Below are positions 52,676-64,000 of a DNA stretch of 64,000 nucleotides, one piece after another (position 1 is the first letter of the stretch; the number at the start of each line of letters is the position of its first letter). A program made the position numbers and the translations under genes. Origin of the DNA: the human T2T-CHM13v2.0 reference genome, Homo sapiens; NCBI RefSeq assembly GCF_009914755.1, contig NC_060927.1; one strand, given 5' to 3'. A model generated the notes under the pieces. The model saw only the letters and a list, made by a program, of their open reading frames with translations. It ran no database searches and was not told the origin of the DNA.

Positions 52676-54747
52676 CTGTTTTTATTTTTTATTGTTTTAT
52701 TGTCATTCAAGGAATACATGTGCAGGTTTATTACTTATTACATTATGCTGAAGTTGGGGATTCTAAGGATCCTGTTGCCTAAGTAGTGAATATAGTACCT
52801 GATAGGTAGTTTTTCAACCTCTGCTCCTCTCTTCATCTCCCTCTTTTGGAACTCCCAGTGTCTATTGTTCCCATCTTTGTGTCCATGTATACCCAATGTT
52901 TAGCTCCCACTTACAAATGAGAATATGTGGTACTTTATTTTCTGTTTCTGTGTTTATTTGCTTAGGATTATGGCCTCTAGCTGTATCCATGTTGTTTCAA
53001 AAGATATGATTTCATTCTTTTCATGGTTGCATAGTATTCCATGGTGTATGTATACTGTTCTTTATCCAGTCCACTGTTAATGGGTGCCTAGGTTGAATCT
53101 ATGTCTTTGCTATTGTGAATAGTGCCATGGTAAACATACAAGTGCAGGTATCATTTTAGTAGAACTATTTATTTTCCTTTGGGTATATACCCAGTAATGA
53201 GATTGCTGCATTGAATGATAGTTCTGCTTTAAGTTCTTTGAGAAATCTCCAAACTGCTTTCCCCAGGGGCTGAACTAATTTGCATTCCCACTGACAGTGT
53301 ATAAGTATTCCCTTTTCTCTCCAGCCTCACCAACGTCTGTTTTTGTTATTGTTTTTGTTGTTGTTGTTTTACTCTTTAGTAATAGCCATTCTGACAATTT
53401 TGAGAAGGTATCTCATTGTGATTTTGATTTGCATTTCTCTGACGATTAGTGATGCTGAGCATTTTTTCACATGTTTGTCGGCCACTGGTATGTCTTCTTT
53501 TGAGAAGGATCTGTTCATGTCCTTTGCCCACTTTTTAATAGGGTTGTTTTCTTCCTGTTGATTTGTTTAAATTCCTTATAGAATCTGGATATCAGTCCTT
53601 TGTCAGATGCAGAGTTTGCAAATATTTTGTCCCATTCTCTAGGTTACCTGCTTTCTCTGTTGATAGTTTCTTTTGTTGTACAGAAGCTCTTTAGTTTAAT
53701 TAAGTCCCATTTGTCTATTTTTTATTTTCTTGCATTTGCTTTTAGGGTCTTGTTCAGAAATTCTTTGCCTAGGCCAATGTCTAGAAGAGTATTTTCTAGG
53801 GTTTCTTCTAGGATTTTTATAGTTTAAGGTCTTACCCATAAATCTTTAATCCATCTTGCGTTAATTTTTGCATATGGTGAGAGGTAGGGGTCCAGTTTCT
53901 CTCTTCTGCATATGGTTAGCCAGTTTTCCAGCACCACTTATTGAATAGCGTACCTTTTCCCCACTGTTTATTTTTGTTAACTTTGTCAAATACCATTTTG
54001 TTGTGGGTGTGCAGGTTTATTTCAGGGGTCTGTATTCTCTTCCATTGGTCTATGTGTCTATTTTTGTACCAGCACAATGCTGTTTTGGTTACTGTAGCTT
54101 TGTAGTATAGTTCGAAGTTGGGTAATCTGATGCCTCCAGCTTTATTTTTATTTTTTCATTTTTGCTCAGGGTTGCTTTGGCTATTCAGACTCTTTTTTGG
54201 TGAGAAATGAATTTTAGAATACTTTTTTCAAAGTCTGTTAAAAATGACATTGGTAATTTGAAAAGAATAGTATTGAATCTGTATATTGCTTTGGCAAGTA
54301 TGGACATTTTAACAATATTGATTCTTCCAACCCATGTGCATGGAATGCTTCTCCACTTGTTTGTGTCATCTCTGATTTGTTTAGGCAATGTTTTATAGTT
54401 CTCCTCATAGAAATCTTCCATCTCTTTGGTTACATGTAGTCTCAGGTATTTGTATGTGTGTGTGGCTATTGTAAATGAGATTACATTCTTGATTTTGTTC
54501 TCACCACTCCTATTCAACATAGTACTAGAAGTCTTAGCCAGAGCAATCAGGCAAGAGAAAGTAATAAAAGGCACTGCCCTCCCCCCACCAAAAAACGAAA
54601 AAGTTATCACCACTAACAATATGATTCTATATCTAGGAAACCCTAAAGATTCTGCAAAAAGACTCCTAGACTTGATAAACAACTTTAGTAAAGTCTCAGG
54701 ATAAAAATAGTCAACATATAAAAATCAGTAGCATTTCTATACACGTG
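52676..54747 (-). mobile_element. L1PA16-like truncated L1 with 5' inversion (inverted plus-strand part ~54498-54744)
   Basis: Strand switch at gttctca|ccactcctattcaac; ORF 54426-54704 contains [20 protein letters not shown]; TSD ATATCTTTC at 52667-52675 and 54748-54756. Confidence 0.88.
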
Positions 54748-56559
54748 ATATCTTTCAACTAGATTTATTTCTAGTTTAATTCTACTGTGGTCAGAGATCA
54801 TCTTTTATTATTTCAGCTTTTCAACTTGTTAAAGTTTGTTTTTCCCCAGAATATAATCTATCTTAGTGAATTTCCCATTTGCACTTAAAAAGGAATATTT
54901 CATGTGCTGTTATTCGATGGAATGTTGTCAGATATTAATATAAACATGTCCATTTACTTTTGATTAGTGTTTTCATGACGTATCATTTTCTAACCTTTTA
55001 CCTTTAACCTACCTATATTATTTCCTTTGAAGTGAGTTTCTTGTACATAGCATGTAGTTGGTTTATTTTTTTAATCCATCTATCCTAACAATCTCTATGT
55101 TTTAGTTGGTATATTTAGATCATTTGCTTTTAATATAATTATTATGAATTTAGCTCTCCCATTTTATTTGTTTTCTCTATTTTTCATTCCTTTGTTTTCT
55201 ATTCCTTGACTTTTTTGGATAATTTAAATATTTTTAATGCTTAAATTTAATTTATTTAATGTGTTTTTAATTATCTCAGTGAATAATATTTTAGTGGCCC
55301 TTTTAAAGATTACAGTCTACATATATAACTTTTCATAGTCTACATACAATCAATATTTTACTAGTTCAAGTAGAATGTAAAACTCTCACCACCAAATAGG
55401 TTCCTTTATCTTCCCCCTTTATCTTACAATTATTTTATATATGACATCTGCACATACTGAAAACCTCATATGACAATGCCCTAACTTCTACTTTCAACCA
55501 TCAACCATACTTAAAGAATTCAAGAGGAAAAAAATAATCTACTGTGTTTACCATTTCTGTTGGTCTTTTCTCATTTGTGATGTTCTGAGTTTCCTTCTGG
55601 TATCATTTATCTTCTGTCAGAAGATTTTCTTTACTGATTCTTTTAGAGTAGGTCTGATGGCAACAAATTCTTTCAGTTTTCTTTGACTTGACTTGAAAGT
55701 GTTTTTATTTTACCTTCGTTCCTGAAGAATATTTTCACTGTATATTGAATTTTGGTTGACAGGTTTTTTTTCAAATATTTCTTTAGATATTTTTTAGATA
55801 TACACTGCATCTAAAGAACACTGGAATTGCTTTTACAGACCAGAGTCTGCTCCATTTTTTCTCTTTATGATAAGAATATATGAAATAAAATAGACATTCA
55901 AATATATTACTTACTTGCACTTCTGCACTTGCCCTGAAGATTTCAAAGTAGAAAAGTTTCTATAGCAAACATAAAATGTTTACTTATGATAATATGAGAC
56001 ATTGAGCCAATGTAGCTCAAGATCACAGCCTGTCACTATTTTTATTAATTTGTCTTTCTCCCATAATTTATTGAAAAGATATATTGTCTCTTTCATTACA
56101 GTTTCAGCTGTTCTTTCATTGATTTTTCCATTCTGTTGCGATCACATTTTCATTACTACCCTGGCTAGAGATCTAAAAAACAAACAAACAACAAACTCTA
56201 TCTTCATTAATAACACCACCTGCCTCCCTCGTCAGGCTGCTAATTAAATTAGAATAAGTAAGCTAATAACAGCAAAACTCTTGCTATTTAGGTGTGTATT
56301 GAAGTAACAGGAAATAGCCATATACCCTTTTGAAATACCAAGGAAATATCTATTCTAGCTCTCAATGTTCTTGAATCTACGTACTGGCCTCAATACATAT
56401 TGCTCTCATCTAATCCAAAGTTCCCATCTGGTCAAGATTCTCTTCCCCATATTTTTCCCCTTCCCCTATATACCTGAATAATTTTAGTTTCGCCTTTTAG
56501 GACTCAAATAAATTGTCACTCCCATTTAGAAGGCTTTTATTAGTGTCCTCTTTCTCCAC

Positions 56560-57069
56560 CGTGGTAGGCAGAGTAGTAGACACCCTAAAGATGTCTATGT
56601 CCTAATCTCTAGAACCTGAGAAGATGTTACCCTACTTGGCAAGAGGAAATTTGCAGATGTGATTAAGTTAATAACCTTGAGATTTGGAAATTATCTTGTA
56701 TTATCCTTGTGAGCCCAATCTAATTAAATGAGTTTTTAGAAGTGGAGAAAACTTTTCTTGGCTATGGTCAGAGAGAGACATGACTAAGGAAGAAAAGTCA
56801 GAGAGATGCAACATTGCTGGCTTTGAAGATGGAGGAAGGGAGTCATGAGCCAAAAAAAGTGGGCAACCTCTAGTAGCTAGAAAAGAAAAGAAAATGGTTT
56901 TCCCTTAGAGCCTCTAGGAAGGAATGCATCACTGCACACACCTTTATTTTAGCCCCATGAGACTTGTGTCAGAATTCTAACCTCTAAAACTATAAGATAA
57001 TAAATTTGTGTTCTTTTAAGCTACTAAGTTTGTGGTAATTTGTTACAGCAAGAATAGAAAACTAATATA
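56560..57069 (+). mobile_element. MLT1D-like MaLR solo LTR within an L2 fragment
   Basis: gtggtaggcagag...tttgcagatgtgattaag...gtaatttgttacagcaagaatagaaaactaata. Confidence 0.85.
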
Positions 57070-59009
57070 ATCCCCTCCAGGCCAGGTTAAATGCTACTTT
57101 TAAAAGTTCTTGCCACATTCCACACATACTGCTAACAATACGTGCATAGCACTTACCATACAGTCAGTATTGATTTCATATTCTTATTTATCTGTTCCTT
57201 GCAATAGACTGTGAGTGCCTTGGAAACAGGTATAGGCCTTATGCATGGAACTGGCTATCTGTGAATTTTTTCATTAATCACCCAAAATTGTTGTTGCATC
57301 ATCACTCACACCAGCCTCTGGGATAGACTCTGATAATGGCAATGCATATTAATATTGCCTTTTCATTCCAATCAGTCTCCTTCCTGTGATTTTTCCTTAA
57401 AGAGAGTGGGCAGGAATCAGACATAATAAAGATGGGTGGCTTCACCCAGACATGGACCCTAACAGTATTCACATCTTTAGATCTAGCAGTCAGAGAACAT
57501 TAAAGACACATTTGTATCAACAAAATCTTTCCAGTGAATTAGTGAGGTTATTTTGGGAAACATGATGGGCCAAAATGGGGGAGAAACTGCAGAAAGGAAA
57601 TGCAGTTTCTTATTTTTCATATAAAAAGTGTTGGGCAGGAGGCATCAAGCAATGCTGCCCGTGACACAAACAGACAGATTACTATTTCTAAGAGAAGTTA
57701 TGAATCACGTGAGCGCTGTCTGTCCAAGAAGCAAAAGAGATGAGATCAGCTTTGGGATGAATCTGTGTTCTTGACAACTCTTTGCAAGAGGCACCTACCA
57801 GTCACCTCCATTAGCCTCAGGTCTAGGGGGGTCCCACTCTCTCTCATCCACTTTCTCCCTCTACCTGTGCTGTCCTTTTATACACAGGGTGACTACCTCC
57901 ATCCAGAGTTACAATTATGCTTCTTCAAAATGAGCTTTTCTATGGGGATACACTCTACCTACAAAAAATAGTATATACACTTGAAACTTGGCATCTCACC
58001 CTCTATTAAATTGAGAACTTTTCTACTCCTGGAAAGTTACTCAGGGATGTGATCCTATTTCATCATTTGTGCTTATCTCATTTTTCTCCAAACTTACTTA
58101 GTCTGTTCTCAACGTTAGAACCAAAGAATCAAGTGTTGGTAAGTTGATACATAGCTCTACTTAACTCTTTAGGAGAAAGGTCTGTGTGTTACTCTGGCCT
58201 ATCACATAATTTTCCAGATGAAATGTAAGATAAGCAAACAAAAGGAAGTTACCCGTGTGATACCAGGTTAGAAAATCTTCACAAACACTGCAAAAAAAGA
58301 AAAAAGAAAAACAATTGCTAGTCAGGTTTGTTAACCAAGAAGAGACAAGGACATGGAGAAGGAGGAAAGAAACAGTTCCTCAGTACTGTATTTTTATCAA
58401 AAACGGACTCAATTTTGACACAGAGTAAGTTAATAAGTCAGGCAAAATATATAATGGTGTCTAGGTCTCATCAGCTTTTCCTGGGCTGTGCTTCATGTAC
58501 CACACAATCAATTTGGTCCCATCTCACAGTATTGATTAGGAAGATGGCCGAAATTGTTGTACCTTCCAGAATCAGGTTCAGCAACTGCAAGCAGACAAAA
58601 ATCCAGCTAAGTATGTCATTCATCCCTGTCTTCTCCTTCTAATTTTTTTTAACTCCAGCACAATCCATGATCTTGCAATCCTTTATCACTTTGAGAAATT
58701 CTGTTTCTAGGTTCCTGCTATCTTGACTTTCATATTTTATGTGGTGAGATTTTCAATTAGTCTGGTGCTGGGGCGAAGTCAGCCAGGTCAAAGATTCCTG
58801 CCAAAAGTTCTTTTACTAATAAATAGACTAATAAAATGACCACATTGGGCAGATTGCAATTTTATTTCATTTCCAGGCATATTTTACACTTTGTGTCATC
58901 TCAGCTTGTTAATTGTATGTATGTATGAAGCAAATGGTCTTTGAATAGTTGTCTTTCCCAGGCACTTCCTGGAAGATGGTTTGGTTTTTCTGTCTTTAAG
59001 GTTTTGCTT

Positions 59010-59390
59010 TTGTGCCACATACCAATCATCATGGGCTAGATTATGCTGCAGTTATAAACAAATCGTCTAAGTTGATTAAAACAACAGAAGTTTACTCCTC
59101 ACTCAGGCTACATGCCCACTGCTGGTTGACAAAAGGCTCTCTTCATTGTAGTCACTAAGCAGGAAACTGAGATTGACAAAATAGCCGTAATCTCACCATC
59201 TTCATGGAAAAAAAGACCTCTAGAGAATCTTGCATTGACAATTAAGTGCTCTAGCCTAGTTTGACACATATCACTTTCATCCACACTCATTGGCCTCAAC
59301 CAACCACAAGAAAACTAAGAAGACAATTCTACCACGTTCCAAGAAGTTAGAGATTCAAAATATTGGTGAATGACCCTAATAACAATCACA
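59010..59390 (-). mobile_element. MLT1I/J-like MaLR LTR
   Basis: ggctagattatgctgcagt...aaatattggtgaatgaccctaataacaatcaca. Confidence 0.7.
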
Positions 59391-59603
59391 TACTACTAAA
59401 AAATTTGTGCTTTGAGGTGGCCCTATGATCTGCAAATTATCAAATTGCATAACTTGCTCATGATACAGATGCTTGTTATAATAACCTACTAGATATTTAC
59501 GGTACTTGCATGTATAAAGTCAGAAGGTATCTGCATGTTTTAATTTTTCAAATTTTGAACTGCTTTCCTTTATCTTTGTCACTACTGTCCCCCAACACCC
59601 CCC

Positions 59604-59623
59604 CACACACACACACACACACA
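59604..59623. repeat. (CA)n microsatellite
   Basis: Direct reading. Confidence 0.95.
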
Positions 59624-59629
59624 AACACA

Positions 59630-60280
59630 TCCCCTCATCCAATCCTCAGCTACTCCAATAATTTCCTAACTGATCTCTTTGTTTCCACCCTTGCCCTGCA
59701 AAGGCCATTTCTTCACATAACATCCAGAGTGCTTCTTCGTAAAATGTAAATCTAATCAAATCTTCTCCTACTTAAGACCTTCCAATTTATTTCCGTCAAA
59801 CAATGAAATGGGAACTCTTTGCCATGACTTATGAGAGCTCAATCCTGCCAACTTCTTCAGCTTTGCCTGGTACCATTCCTTCCTGTCCACTCTGTTCTAG
59901 CCACAATGGCCTTCATTCTGATCTTTAAATAAGCTCAGCTAATGCCTGCAGTAGACCCTTTGCATCAAGCCTTCCCCCTGCCTGGAATGCTCTTTCCTCA
60001 AATCTTCACATGACAGGCACCTCCTTGTCATTCAGGCCTTATATCAATGCACCATCTGCAGGGAGGCTGTCCCTGACTACACAATCTAAAACAGTACCCC
60101 CTCTAATTGCTCACTGTTATTCATTCACTTAACAAATATTTAAGCATTAACTATGTGCCAGACACTAGTTTATATACTTAAGTATCTTCATAAACAAAAC
60201 AAACAAGTATTCCTGCTTTAGTGGAAGAGACATACGATATACAACCAACATATTAAATTATATATTTTATTAAAAGATGG
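59630..60280. mobile_element. L2 fragments (~59630-60110 +, ~60118-60280 -)
   Basis: cttccccctgcctggaatgctctttcc body; attcattcacttaacaaatatttaagc tail. Confidence 0.75.
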
Positions 60281-60537
60281 CTTTTAACAAAGGGAAAAGA
60301 AAGAAAAAAAAATAAGGAAAAGGAAGAAAACCAGAGCCAAGTGGGAGCCTATATGAATAGCCTCCTACTGGCCCCAGTTGGAACAATATCGAGCATCATA
60401 GTTTAAATCATACCATTTCTATATGACTTGTACCTCAGGATACCAGAAGTTTATGATTAAACTTTGAGAAGTTTCTCTAATATAAAAGGATTTCAGCGAA
60501 CCAGTGGAGCAGAAATGATAGAGTGTCACCATTTTCC

Positions 60538-60683
60538 AACATTTCGGGCTAGATAATTCCCTGTTGTGAGGGGCTTTCCTGTGTATTATACGATAGTTAG
60601 CAGCATATCTGGTCTCTACCTATCAGACACTGCCAAATGTCCCCCGTGGGAAGAAACATATTGTCCCTGATTGAGAACCACTG
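60538..60683 (+). mobile_element. MER20 DNA transposon, internally deleted
   Basis: gggctagataattc...cagacactgccaaatgtccc...gattgagaaccactg. Confidence 0.8.
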
Positions 60684-60743
60684 GTCAAGGAAATGAGCAT
60701 CAGCGGCAATGTATACGACTAGATGAGAAACAGACAGACATTA

Positions 60744-61130
<387 letters not shown>

Positions 61131-61456
61131 CTAACTACGAATATACAGGAAGTACAGGGGACAGAGGACCTTATTAGACAATGCCAGAAGAACCACCAGC
61201 AAAATCCAGACCGTGGGAAACAATCTATTTCTGCAACCAAGGATTGCAAGGTAAAAACAAGAGAGAAAAAAGACAGAGAGAGGTCGAGAGAAAATGTACA
61301 GATTAAAAGGGATTTAAGAAATATAGAAAAAATTTGCGAGATACAACAGTGACTGGATATTTGATTATACTAAGGAATTATTAAAATTTTTGTAAAATAA
61401 TAATATTGTGATTGTGTTTTTTAAAAGAATCTCTATTGAAAATAGATACTAATCTA

Positions 61457-62090
61457 CAGTAGGTTTTTATTATTTGCAGATTCCATATTTACAAATTTAC
61501 CTACTTGCTATACAATTTATTTGTAACCTCAAAATCAACACTTGAAGAACTTTCACAGTCATTCAGAGACATACATGTGCAGAGAGGCAAAAAATTTAAG
61601 TTGCCTGAAGTACATATTCCCACCTGAGGCTGAACAAGGCAACAGTTGTACAGCTCTCATACTGTAAAGTATACTTTTTATGGTCTATTTAGTGTCACAT
61701 TTTTGTGGGTTTTGTTGGTGATTTTATTGTTTAAAATGTCCCCCAAGCATAGTACTGAAGTGCTGTCTAGTGCTCCAAGGTACGAAAAGGCTGTGATGTG
61801 CTTAATGGAGAAAACACATGTGTTAAATAAGTTTCATTCAAGCATGAGTTATAATGATGTTGCCCTGAGTGCAATGTTAATGAATCAATAATGTATATTA
61901 TATAAAGTGCATTTAAACAAAAATATACATGAAACAAAGTTGTGTATTGATCTATTGATGAAAATGTGACCAGAGGCTCACAGGAACCTAACTCTGTATT
62001 TCCTCCAGGAGTCATGGTTTAGTACTCGCTGGCTCAGTGTTCACAGTGGATTTATGGAACGTAACTACCACAAATAATGAGACGAGGCTA
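61457..62090 (+). mobile_element. MER82 (TcMar-Tigger) DNA transposon
   Basis: TA|cagtag...attatttgcagattccatatttacaaatttacctac start; caaataatgaga end. Confidence 0.8.
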
Positions 62091-62299
62091 TCTTACAAAT
62101 GTAATCACATGACTCTGGGATTCACTTTAAAATAATCTGGGATGAGGAGCAGTGATGGGGGATAAACAGCAAAAGACAGGCCATAGATGATGATAGTTAA
62201 AATTGCGCAATAAATATTTAGGGTTTCATTGTACTCTACTCTTGTGTATCTTTGAAATATTCCATAATAAAAAGTCATAAAAATAGAGTAGATAAATGG

Positions 62300-63246
<947 letters not shown>

Positions 63247-63248
63247 TA

Positions 63249-63560
63249 CAGGTTGAGTAGCCCTGTGTTTCAAATTTCAGATTTTTTCAGGTTTTGAAGC
63301 ATTTGCATATACATAATGAGATAACTTGGGAGGGTGCCCAAGTGTAAGCCCAAAATTCATGTATGTTTCATATGCACCTTATACACATAGGCTGAAGGTA
63401 ATTTTAGACAATATTTTTTACTAATTTTGTGCATGAAACAAAGCTTATGTTAGTACCTATGTGTGAAGTTTTCCACTTGTGGCATCATGCCTTCACTCAA
63501 AAACTTTTGGATTTTGGAGCATTTCGGATGTTGGACTTTCAGATTAAGGATGCTCAATTG
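63249..63560. mobile_element. Tigger4b/MER46-like DNA transposon
   Basis: TA|caggttgagtagccct ... aaggatgctcaattg|TA inverted termini with TA duplication. Confidence 0.82.
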
Positions 63561-64000
63561 TATCTTGTTTATTTTTGTGCTTCCTCAGTCTCCCTTCACT
63601 AAAATAAAAACACCATTAAGTGCAAGAACTTCAGCCATCTGGTCCACTGATATACCTCTGGCACCTGGCAGAGAGCCTGGCACATAGTAGGTGCTTAGTG
63701 ATACTTGTAGAAAAAATTAGCTGCACAGCTTGTCTCTGCTTGAATGTTGGCATGCACAATTCTAGCGTTACCTATTATTTTGTCCAGTCTTTAAATTCCT
63801 GACCCAAGGTGTGAAACCACTTGCCTGTGTTCAAAGAACAGGTTAAGTGGCAAAACCAGGTTTTAGACCCAAGTCCTCTGATTCCAAATTTGGAGCCAGA
63901 TTCCAGAAGAATTCTCCATTCTAATCCCACCTTCTTCCTACAAGTCAAAGAACCGAGTTAACTGGTGTCTTCAATCAATTGATTACAGTATATCTATTAA

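Noticed and set aside
57897-58287. Alternative frame for the small exons (VCEDFLTWYHTELSRAMYQLTNT*...)
   Set aside because: Looks protein-like but runs into many stops in the next exon and shows no ordered domain motifs. I prefer the ZU5-like frame but cannot exclude this one without an ortholog.

Overview
Primate (hominoid-like) nuclear DNA, judged from AluY/AluS, L1PA2-PA16, THE1C and MER elements. It is AT-rich, has no CpG island and is dominated by interspersed repeats. I find no intact protein-coding gene, RNA gene or CRISPR array, and nearly all supplied ORFs are chance ORFs or Alu/L1/THE1 remnants. The main non-obvious signal is a decayed, intron-containing gene on the minus strand (~42.6-58.8 kb, about 13 candidate exons). 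Its spliced translation resembles by eye a ZU5-ZU5-UPA-death-domain protein of the DTHD1/PIDD1 type and carries many stops and frameshifts. Other items: a near full-length L1PA13 split by a complete THE1C provirus, two twin-primed (5'-inverted) L1s, an ultra-short young L1, several templated-insertion/fold-back scars, and an RFX/ETS/ISRE motif cluster. Repeat subfamily names and protein similarities come from remembered consensus sequences, not from searches. Boundaries of old repeats are approximate.
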